Below, one piece after another: positions 11,630-22,149 of a stretch of DNA of 64,000 nucleotides. Each line of letters opens with the position of its first letter. The first letter of the stretch is position 1. A program made the translations under genes and the position numbers. The stretch comes from Podarcis filfolensis. Lineage: Eukaryota. The notes beneath the pieces were generated by a model, which saw only the letters and a program-made list of their open reading frames with translations, did not search any database and was not told the DNA's origin. Where the stretch lies: NCBI GenBank assembly GCA_964270895.1, contig OZ185446.1. The stretch is one strand, 5' to 3'.

Positions 11630-11660
11630 AGAACTGAAAATATTTTCTATATATATATAT
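11630..11660 (-). promoter_or_regulatory. Candidate proximal TATA-like (TA)n plus initiator
   Basis: Minus strand ATATATATATATAGAAAA followed by TCAGTTC (YYANWYY, A at 11635), ~155 nt upstream of the ATG. Spacing is slightly short of canonical. Confidence 0.35.
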
Positions 11661-12188
11661 GTTGCCGCCGCTTCTCCTTCTCCCTTCGGCTGCTGTAGTT
11701 GGTTCCTCCTTCTGCCCCCTTCCAGCCTTTCAGTTCTGCAGCCCCCTCCTGCGTTCTTTGCCCCGCAATGTATTCATCATTAGGACTTTCATCCGCCACC
11801 CCCCCCGCCCCCACTCTTGTCCGGCTTCCGAGGGTGGAGAAGAGACTGGCGGCAACCTGACAAAAAAATGGTGACGATCCTTCCACGGGGGAAAAGTCAA
11901 TGGAGCCCCCTCTGCTGAGCTGGAGAAAGTGCCTTCCTCCTCTCTACAGCGCACAAGGCAAGCGCAGGCTTGAGACACACAGAGGCATCTGGACAATCAC
12001 AGCCGATCTCTGGCTTCCTCCCTGCCTTTGAGCCAAATATTCCAAGTTGCACAGGAGGAGATGAGAGGGGAATCTCTCTCTCTTGCTCTTCCGGACTCGC
12101 TTTCCCTGGCTACCTATAGTGGGGGTGTAAATTTAGAAGCCACTTAAACTGAACCTGAAATACTTTCACTCTGGATTTTTGTTCTTAT

Positions 12189-12305
12189 TTTTAATAGAGC
12201 TCCTCAAGTGACGTTGCAAGGCCGGTATCCTAGACACGTGCCTTTGGCCAATGACAGAAGAGCCTTTTGCACACGTGATACAGTAGCACTCTAGTAAATG
12301 ACAGG
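12189..12305 (-). promoter_or_regulatory. EN2 upstream core/proximal promoter cassette
   Basis: Minus-strand TATA-like TATTAAAA (12196-12189), CRE half-site TGACGT (12209-12214), two CACGTG E-boxes (12235-12240, 12272-12277), CCAAT (12248-12252) overlapping TGACAG (12252-12257), and a second TGACAG near 12299. Confidence 0.6.
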
Positions 12306-12652
12306 AACAGCCCCCCTCCTCCCGTTTCCCAATGCCCCCACCTCCCGATTTTAAAGCTGCAGCGTCCTCTGCTTCTCAAGAGCCTTTTTTAATATATATA
12401 AAAAAGAAGGAATGCAGGAATACCTTCGTCTTCCAAACAAGGGATAGATTCATCACCCCTTGTCTTGCTAATCTGTTTCCTTTTATATCTTCGCCTGAAG
12501 AAGGGCTCCAGTACACACTGGTGGGGGTGGGGGGGTTCCTATATTGTTTACAATTGGAGTTGGGAGGCGGAAGGAGAAGAAGACAGAATGAGAGGGGGCG
12601 AAATCCCACAATTCATTGCAAAATCCATAAATAATATTAAATGAACCAGAGC

Positions 12653-13105
12653 GATACAAAGGGACTTTTTGTGTTACCGATTTATTTTTTGGGGGGTGGG
12701 AGCGAGAGGAAGAATCAGAGGCAGTTAATTTTAAAGCAGACTCTCTCTTTCGCCGTCTTTTTGTCTTACTATTTCGCTGCGCGCGCGCGCACACGCACAC
12801 CAACCAGTCCCAGCCCCTTCTTTTGTAATCCCGGAGCCTCGCCTGCAGGAAAAGACGGGCAAATATCGGGGGTTCCTGTTGGGGGGGGGCTTTTTAAATG
12901 CCAGACTGCACTGGGGCTGCTATTATTGGTAACTGCGGTGCAATAAACATAAGACGGTATGATAATTGATTCATTCAGCTGAAAACTGGACAGGAGCCTT
13001 TGATCATTTATTCCAGCTTCAAAAACAATATTAAACAGAGAGGTTTCCCATTGACAGGCAGGAGGACGTGAGAGTCCCCCTTCCCCCAAGCAGCTCTAAT
13101 CAAAG
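12653..13105. promoter_or_regulatory. TCF/LEF site cluster upstream of EN2
   Basis: GATACAAAGGG (12653-12663), CCTTTGATC (12997-13005) and TAATCAAAG (13097-13105) all fit WWCAAAG/CTTTGWW. Confidence 0.45.
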
Positions 13106-13134
13106 TAATCAAGCGATAGGGGTATTCACACACG

Positions 13135-13160
13135 ACACACACACACACACACACACACAC
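13135..13160. repeat. (AC)13 microsatellite
   Basis: Direct reading. Confidence 0.9.
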
Positions 13161-15320
13161 GGAATAGATACAGCCCTCCCATTTAATCTTGTTTTAAAAA
13201 ATCTAAATAGTAAGAACTCCAAATGTTGCATTAAGGTCTGTCTGGAGTCTGCAAGGAGTGCTCCTCACCGGAGTTGCAAAGAAGGCCCCCTCCACGGGGC
13301 CAGCCCTCTCCTTGAGCGTCTCCTCCTTCGGCCTGCGAAGGATTTTTTCCTCCCCAAACCTCCCGCTAAACACTCTGCCTGCAGACAGAACCAAAATAAC
13401 CATCTCTTCCATGCCATCCGCGGGATCTTTGCTTGGCTGCTCTTGAATTTGTGAAAGTCACCCAAAGGTCACTGAAACGCTGGAGGGTGAGTGCAGCTTT
13501 AAACACACACCATAAACCAGCCGAGGAGGAGAAAGCGATGGTGATGATGGTGATGAGAACAACAACCTTAAGAAAGCAAAAGAAAAGCTTTTGTCAACAA
13601 ACTCTGACGATGGGGGAGGGGCTGGAGAGTGACGGCACATGATCCAGTCAGCGCCAAAGACAAAAATGAAGCCAAAACATCCACGGCGGCGTCCAGGCAG
13701 CTGCTCCTGCCCCTTTTTAAGATTTCCAAGGCAGACGTTGCCCACCCTGAGGCGGGCCACTCAGCGCTTTTCGCCTTCTCTCCCGGAGGCCCGTTGCAAG
13801 TGCGGGGAACCCAAGAGATTGGGTGGAAAGAAGGGAAAGCAGGGTTAGGCAAAGCCGGGACAGAAAACCTGGGAAGAGGTGGGAGAGAGCAAGACGCGGG
13901 GATCGGGAGGCCAGCGGCCCCGAGGGCAAGGAGCTGGCGGCGGCGGGGTAGGTGGGTGGAAGGCTGGGTCCCTAACTCCCCTCTCGCTGAGTCTCCACCG
14001 GTCTTGCCCTGGTGGTAGGCTTCGGACTTCTTTTTTCTTTGGGGGCGTCCTGTGGGGGTGATTAATCCTGGAATTGCTTTAGATTAAAAGGGAGCAAAAA
14101 TTGGGGGTAGCAAATCAAGCAGACCTTTCGGAAGTCTCAGCTGAAGACAAGAAGATAAAAAGCCTCACAAACATATACTAACGTACTACATCGCTCTCAT
14201 CGAGTATTTATCGGTGCTGTTTAGTGTTGTCTGCGGGTCTGTTTGCTTGCTTTTTTAAAAAAAAAACATTTTAGCATTGGTAATGCTCGACTATTTTTAG
14301 CGCTCGACAGCTGGACTCAACTAGGCAATGCAAAATACTTGGGGGGGTTAAGACACAAGTCATTTCAGCAAACTGCGTTGCTCAATGCAGTATTGGGAAT
14401 TTTAAAATAAATAGGTTGCTTCAATTGGGCGAGCACGTCAAGTCCCCACACGCTGGTAATTGGAAGTGAGCCCCGTTTAAATAAACAATAGTAGCCTCCA
14501 AATTTTTGAACATTTTGGAGTTAGCGGAAAGTAATCTGGAAGATTTTATCTTTCTGTAACTCAGAGCCTCATTTCTACGACTTTGTTTAACTGTTGCTTT
14601 TGCGTAATCCAAAATGTGATACTGATTTCTGTTTGGATTTTTGCTCCCACCACAATTTTTAAAATCCTGTATAATTTACAGTATCTGGGCACACAAAGAG
14701 ATCAAGTATCCCTGATCTAAAGGGTTTGTGCTCTAACAAGCACCTTGAGGTTAATTTCTTTAAGAGCCCCATGGAAAGCGATTAGGCTGTCTCCCAAGAA
14801 GTATTTTCTAATTACTGGGAAGACCTGGCTTTCCTCGTACCCCATAATTAAACGTGTCCAAGGTGTTGCACTTCAAATATTTCCCTTCAGGGCGGACCCC
14901 AAGTTATTGACTTGAGCTTAAAATATCTTGAAGTAAACATTAGCTGCCCAACGTATCAAGTAACACTTCTTGTCACTTAGCGCTGACCACACTTTAACAT
15001 TTCTATTTGCTAAAATTACCTCGAGGTACTAAATACTCGACTACAGGCGAAGAATTCCTTCGGTAAAGTCCAAGGCAGATGATTAACAAAGGCTGTACAC
15101 AAAACAATTATTGCAATGGACTCTTCGTTTGGCTTAAATCCCAGTTTTATTCCCCTCCCCCGCAAAAAGACAGCAACGATAGGGAATTCTGGGAGAAAGA
15201 ATGGGGTGGTAGTGGGGAGTCTTGGAAAAATTAGTCGAGCCTATTTTCCAAAATACCTAAACATTATATTTATTTTATTCTTAAAAGCTCTCTGCAACAA
15301 GTTTTGTTTCAAAATGAAGT

Positions 15321-15360
15321 TATAATATAATATAATATAATATAATATAATATAATATAA
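15321..15360. repeat. (TATAA)8 microsatellite
   Basis: Direct reading. Confidence 0.95.
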
Positions 15361-17191
15361 TAATAGTGTTGAAGATGTTTATAATTGTAAATTGTCATAA
15401 GAAGAGACCAGGAAATTTGTTTTGAGAAGTTGGAGCTGTTCCAGTTTCTACTATCGAAAGAGAAGATAAGGTGATTGTGACGCAAATCTTCATGTGGAGA
15501 TTTTTAATACGTGTATTTCCTGTCCAGTAAATACGTTGATGTCAATTTGTGTTGAGCACACCGTCACCTTTTTAGACTAATACACAACCCACTTAAACCA
15601 GAATATCTGGCTTTAAAACCATTTACTCTTCTACCCTAACCGTATTTCTCGGAAATACACTTCAATGGAGTCAATGGGATTGAGGTCCTTCCGGTCAATA
15701 TATTTCGAATTGGAGCGTAATCCAAATACAGGCATCAACTGGTGTCGAGGGCTGCAGCCTTTACCAACGCAGTTTCTTTTACTAGGGAACTTATATGAGC
15801 CACACCCAACATATCAATCAAGAGCTAGTTGGGCCGGGACAGTTTGTTTTTACTTTCGCTAGCACACATTCCTTGCAGAGAAAGTCGTTCTTAGCTTGAC
15901 TGTTGAGGCTTCACTGGCCCTGCAGTTGCCTTACAGTGGGCGTATCAGTAGCGGCCTGCCAGGCGTTGCTTACCTGGCTTCCCAATTCTGCCTCAGGTCG
16001 CTGCCGGTCACCAAGAAAGAAAGGGGACCCCGCTGCCTTGCCCCTCCCCCTCTCGGTAACCGGCAGGGACTTGCGGAAGAATTGAGAAGCCAGGTGAACA
16101 ACACCTCCCTCCCTGCCAGGACTGCCCCACCGGTGGAAGAAGGAAGAGGAGACCCACGGGTATCGCAGACTGTCCTGCAGTTCTGTGGGAAACGCTGGAC
16201 TGTCATCCTACAGGCGGGCTAAAGCGAGACGATTTGTATCGTGACTCCGCTAACCTTGTCTCTAACAGCTTGTACTGGCTGTTGTGGTGAAAGTTACAAG
16301 TAATGAAAGCAATCAGACAGATCAGACTTTCTCTGGGCTCGTCTGTGGCAACGTCAGAGGAGATGCCCTGATCCTTCTGAAAGCTAATTCATAAAAGGGT
16401 TTTTTGGGAGTGGGGTTGAGGAGAGAATAAAGACAAGGCTTAGCAGAATCTGCAGAGATCTGTCTGCCTTGTAGCCTGGGACCTTTAGGGTCCAACATTC
16501 AGGAGGGGAAAACGAGAACCTGGTCAAAACAAGAATCAATTATATATTGTTTTAAATAAATAAAAAACACAAACACGCCTTTGCAACCCCATTTCTGTAA
16601 CAAAACGCGAAAATATGGCCAATATTGTAGTTGGTGTACACCAAATTTCGCAGTGTTTTATCAGATTTCCATCTCACAAAACGCCTGGAATACCCGGAAC
16701 ACCTTCACAGAAAAACCCACATTTTAAGGTAGTTGGTGAAAGGTGAGATCGAGCGCTAAGTATGTTGGGTTTGGGAAACATCCACATCCAGTACACAGGC
16801 ACATGCACCCCGCAAGCCATGGAGCTACCTTCAAAGTGAGCAGCTCAGTGGCGATTGCCATAAAACAGATCTACAAGAAAAGAAGTTACTTTAAGCCGGT
16901 TTTGCAAACAGTTTGGAATCAACAGCCCAAGCAGAATAGAGTGAAAGGTGGTGGTGGGGGATCGTATGTATTTTGTATGTTAGAAAAAAAGTAATATATA
17001 TCGCTTTGGCTGTGGTATCGAAATCAACAATAAATCAACTCTGTACCCAAGACAAAGAGGGGAGAAATTCAGAGAGTGAATGTAGCGTCAAGAAGTCGAA
17101 TAGCAAGACGGAAAACAGCAAAATCGTTTTCTTAAGAGTCATTGTTATTACCCTGTTGCAGAGTATTCCAGGGCTCGCTCGCTCTCTCACT

Positions 17192-17211
17192 CACACACAC
17201 ACACACACACA

Positions 17212-17253
<42 letters not shown>
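17192..17253. repeat. Compound (CA)n(GA)n microsatellite
   Basis: Direct reading. Confidence 0.95.
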
Positions 17254-17254
<1 letters not shown>

Positions 17255-17338
17255 CTGCATTCCTATACTTACCTAGGAGTAATCCTCATTGAATTCAATA
17301 AGAGTTGCTTCTGAGTAGGCATGTGTAGTCCAGCAGCC
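17253..17338. mobile_element. Tiny hairpin MITE family A, representative copy
   Basis: GGCTGC...GCAGCC termini with a palindromic AGTAA..CATTGAATTCAAT..TTGCT core. Related copies at ~4886-4953, 19681-19740, 23169-23248, 25265-25345, 51890-51977, 60082-60150, 60157-60242, 60818-60902 and 62318-62410. Confidence 0.7.
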
Positions 17339-20300
17339 CGATCCACAAATAAATTAGGCCTCTTTACTTGACAACTTCATCCTAAATAGTACCTTCGTCT
17401 GAAAACGTCATAAAAATACCAGTGGTCTTTATTTGTAAATCAGGTGTTTAAGACCATCCATGCATTCATTTTTCAGATTTGTAACTCACCTTTCTCTACG
17501 GTCATATACTCAAAGCGGCTTACAAGTATAGAACACAGCAATAACATTAGGAACTAGAATGCAAGAAAACAGTAAACTAAAACAAAAGAAGCAAATGCAC
17601 CTTGATCTTAAACGCATTACCTGGGATTCATTTCCACTGGTTGGAAATATAAGACAGCACAACAAGTGCCATAGGATACAATATAATTTAGGGTAAAACA
17701 CCATCCTCATTCAGGTAAATCGGAACTGTCTTAGCAAGACAATGCAGCATTTCAAAAAGTGATTCACCTTAGGAGAAGTCTGACCAGGTGTTCCTTTCCC
17801 AAATAACTTTTGACTGAGAAGTAATCCCCAGCTACTAGGGGGTCAGGGTACTTCTCTACGTGTGCCAAAGATGCATGATATTGCTTCTTCTCTCAGTCCA
17901 TCCTTCCAAGTTTGATCATCCACATCCAGCCGGTTCTAGGTGTATAAGATTGAATTGGCCCGTAAAGGTACACAGAGATTATTTTTATATGTCCTTAGTC
18001 AGCTGCGCTCACTTTTACAGTATTTTAGGATTCTCTTCGGAATAGGAGAAGTGGCTCTAGGACTTCCGATGTGCGCGCTTGTGTGTGCGTGTGTATGTAC
18101 AGTGTGTGAGTGTGTAGCGAAAGGCTATTAGCAGCAAATTTCCTATTAACACAGATAATGTACAAAATGCGTTTTGGGGGTGACAAAGCATATTTACGAT
18201 TTCCTGCTGACCCAAGGCATACAGGGGATATGAAGGACAGAGACTTCTAGGGACACTAGATTCTGCTCCGCATGAGGAAGAGAAATGTGGTCATTCCAAA
18301 CCGTGGCGGTGGGGAGAGAGACATAGGAAATGGGGAAGATATTTCAATACAGATAAAGTCTTAAATCAGCTTCAGGCTGCAGCACAAAACAAGGGGAAAA
18401 ACTATATTTGCTCAAAAATACGTTATCCCTTGCTATTTCTATCAATAGCTTCTGATACGTTGTTCTATGTAACCTTGTCTCACACACAAATTAATCTCTC
18501 TCCGTCCATCAAATTTTCTATCTGGCTATCTAGCTCTCTAGCTATCCAGCTAACTATCTAGCTATCTATCCTCTTCCTGAAGTTCTTATCAACTTCTCAG
18601 ACTTTCGGTCTATATGCATACATCTCTAGCAAAAAAAATTCCTTATAAAACGAGAACTATCCGAGATTATTTGCTCATCTTAAAGTATATATTGTGTGAC
18701 ATAATTGTTCAAGGGTAACATATATAATTGCACATTCATCTTCAAAGGGCACATGCCTTTGTGGAACAAGGTGGCTATATTAGAAATAATTTCATAGTGA
18801 TACTTCTTGTAAAGTGAGAGATAAACTTTGTGCACTGGATATAATCTGACTTTACATTAGCAGTCGATACAGAATTCAAATATGGGGCAATTCTGTTCCC
18901 CCCGCAATACTATTAAGTTTCGCCTGAACATAAACACTGCTAGAACGGTGCCTGTTCAGTTAAACACTGTAACACGTTACCTTTAATACCAGAAAGAAAA
19001 ACCATTGCTTTCGAGCGAAATATGAAAGAAACACTATTATGTTTCTTTTAACTTAACTAAATCATATTGTTCCAATCGTGATAATAATTTCGTCTGTCTT
19101 TTCAAGTATATTTACAGCAGAAGACTGGTTTAAGTCTTGGAAACTTGCATTACTTTTTTCTTTTGTTACTTTTCTAGTCGAAGACCTAAAAGAGCGAGAG
19201 AAATCTTAAAATATGCGCAAAACTTGCTCCTTTCGCACAAGCTCTTTACTCTATATCCTCCCAGCGCCCTGCTCGTCATTTTTAAGGGTCTTGCATAAAG
19301 TTTCGTGTGTTTTTCCTAGGGTTTAGAACAACTAATCCTTATAGACAAAACAGTTTCTGTTGTGACGGTAGAGTCGAGCAATTCTATACCAGTTGGAGTA
19401 TTAACAGAGTCTTGGAAAAGGAAAAGGAATCTCGTCCTGGACTTCCCACAAATGTAGCTAATTCCCTTAAACTCCTTTGGATTTACACCTCGGTAGTTAC
19501 TGGGAGACAGAAGCAGTCCTTGCTCTCATTAACGGCCTGATTTCTGTTCCAACTGCCACACCAGATAATCAACTTTTATGGTCTTCCAAACATTACTTTC
19601 CAGCTGTTTAAGACCGTGGGGAGGGGGGGATTCTAGCCAGGGTTTGTGCACTTGCAACTCGATTTACAGTAGAAGTTTAACCCTGTCTACTCAGAAGTAA
19701 GCCCTAGTGACTTGAATGGGGCTCACTCACTCCTAGGCTGCAAACCTATTATGTGGGAATAAATCCAATTTAATTCAATGGGTGCGACTTCTCAGTAGAC
19801 ACACTGCACAGTAACACGATCTGTCCTTTCATTCGCAGATTTTTCTAGTTTCCATAACATATAGAAAAAATATTTTGGGCATGTTTTGGAATGGAAAATT
19901 CGAATTCGAATTCGCACCTCGGTTTCATTAGATCCGCCGCAATTATAACAGCTCAGATGAGAACTAGATTCTGGCAGCTTTTTAGAGATGTTAATGCAGC
20001 CACGACTGGTATAAAAATTCGAAGTGATTTTCCACACGTTAATTTATTTATTTTTAAAGTAAAACCCAAACAGATTGTATTTGACGTACTACAGAGAACG
20101 CAGACTACGGTCCATTAGTGCAACGGAACCTGAGAGGCAGACCTCTCCCTGCCTCGCAAGGTGCTGGGTAGCACTCACCGCAGGGAATGGGTCTAATCTC
20201 TCTGTAGGAAAACATTGCCCCATACTTCGCTTTACTGGGGTGGTGGCCCAACTGGTCTTGTTTCTGAAGAAGTTACTCGACCCTGCCAGGCTTCGATAAG

Positions 20301-22149
20301 AAGCTGCCACTGAAGAACCCAGCTGGATTTCCAAATCCATCCAACCTGCGATCCTAAGGGCAGAAGCAAAGTCCCATGAAACGACTTTAGGATAGGGCGC
20401 TGTTGCTTGTTAGACGAACCCCACAATCCCTTTAACTCCCCGACTTCGCTTGAAAAAACGCACATTTAGGGCAGAGCGGGGTTCAGGAGGACCTGGGTTT
20501 AAGTCCTAAGAGCTCTATTGCAGTCAGGGATACTAACCTACCCCAATGCTAATTTCGGAAATTAAGCCTATTCAACACAAGGGGGATTGCTTCCAAAGAA
20601 ACATGCTTAGGATTGGAGTGCTTGTGGTTAATATCCAAGCGCTATACGTAGTTTCAAAGGATAGTGAATGGGGCTGCAAGCTTTCAAACAGATACAAACT
20701 TTCCCAAATATCTTTTTTGTGGGGGATATTTGACGGCGAGGGAAGATAGCAAAACTAACAACAACAAAAAAAAACCAATAGCGCTAAATCCTCACGCCTG
20801 GAAATGACAACATCCACCTTGCTTGGTGTTTCCATTTCTGCATTCTTTTCAGCACCAATGAACCGCGCAGCCGGATCCTGTGCAAGTCTGCAGCGATAAA
20901 ATTAGCCCTGAGTTTGGTGCGACTAACTTCCAGGCAGGGTACATTAAAGGACTGCAGCCAACGGTAGTTTTGCAAAGGGAACCATGCTTGCCTATCATTT
21001 AAACCTGCAATCCTAAACATATCCCCACAGGCCCACTAGTTGCCCTGAGGTTTGCTTCAGCTAAGTTTGTTGTCCATCAGTCTGTCGTAAAACATTTTCC
21101 TTTACTCTAATGCCCGGGAGCGTTTATTTACTTCCATGGAATTTGTTTAGGATGGGAAAGTCTCAATTAAATCCTCAATAACCGGTCTTTCCCTGGAGTA
21201 TTATTCTCCTCCCCATGCTTAGTCGTTAGACCCCCCACACCACCCAAAAATCTGGAATTCATATAGAATACTTTGGTACAGAAGGTGTGTTAAGAATTAT
21301 CAGAGTGCTCCTCAAAAACTCACAATTCTATCTCTTATCCAGTATGCCCCTCCCACACATTACAGACAATCGTCTCAAATTTGGGCAGGTTTCGTTTCCA
21401 TTTATTATCATATGACCTGAGCAGACGCTTGGAAAAAACCCAAGATGTTTCATTCAACACAAATGAATTTTTTGCTTCTCAGTCTTTGTATAGGATCGAG
21501 TTGTATAGGATCGCATGGAGTTTTGATCCTGCAATATTCTTGTTAATTTTTGCTGTCCATATGTAGAAAATGCAGCCCGTTAAAGTGAATGAATGTCGTT
21601 CCAAAACTTAAATAATTGTTAATATATTTAAATTAACAATATTCACATATATTATTCTTTTGCTTTGGCTACTGCGAATGAATGAATTAAATATCTAAAG
21701 TAAGTATTCTCAGGACCTGAGTGTTAATCATGGGAAATACAAAACTATTTATTTTCCAAGCAAGAAAAAAGTCGGTAACTTAAAAACAAGGAAGCAAACA
21801 AAGACGGTCTAGAGCTGCGATCCACAATGTATTTAAGCCATAATCTTCCAGTTTAATCAAGGGGAGACTGATATAAATGAGATGCGGGTCGGGTTGATGG
21901 ATTTTCCTCCAAAGAAAATAAGATACTTCATTGCTTTTTATATAATTGTCAACATAAGATCGATAAAAACACTATAAGTAGGTAAAGTTTGGGTACAGAT
22001 AACCCCGCTTTTTTATAGCAGTATTTTAAGAGATTTTTTTGAAGCGAACGGCTTTTCTAAGCCGATCCATAACTCGGCGAAATTACAACACCAGTATTGG
22101 AGTTATTTCACATCGTATTGATTTTGTCTTAATTGGGCTGCGGTTCGTG

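Larger units (their letters stand above)
7780..14100. other. CpG-island complex over EN2 exon 2, intron, exon 1 and promoter (boundaries by eye)
   Basis: High GC with abundant CpG at ~7.8-9.35 kb, ~9.95-11.95 kb and ~12.7-14.1 kb. Confidence 0.75.

Noticed and set aside
10741-11996. Multiple Arg/Ala/Cys-rich ORFs overlapping exon 1
   Set aside because: Alternative-frame readings of the GGC/CAG-rich EN2 exon.
14972-14992. Pax2/5/8 sites at ~14975 (GTCACTTAGCGCTGACCA), ~20790 and ~61243
   Set aside because: Spacing between the CA and GCGTGAC sub-motifs does not fit the paired-domain consensus. I could not locate the published En2 Pax sites from memory.
19892-19913. GAAAATTCGAATTCGAATTCG as a heat-shock element
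   Set aside because: Only one correctly spaced GAAnnTTC unit; better explained as a 6-bp tandem repeat.
20470-20550. MIR-like head fragment (GACCTGGGTTTAAGTCC)
   Set aside because: Only a B-box-like 17-mer is recognisable; too short to call.
20849-20870. REST/RE1 site (TTCAGCACC...), and a right half-site GGACAGCACC at 61419-61428
   Set aside because: Each has only one good half-site with wrong spacing or a poor partner half.
21486-21513. Scattered short tandem duplications (15 bp here; also ~3903, ~23378, ~25871, ~62974)
   Set aside because: Two-copy local slippage events with unrelated units; no array or spacer structure and not CRISPR-like.
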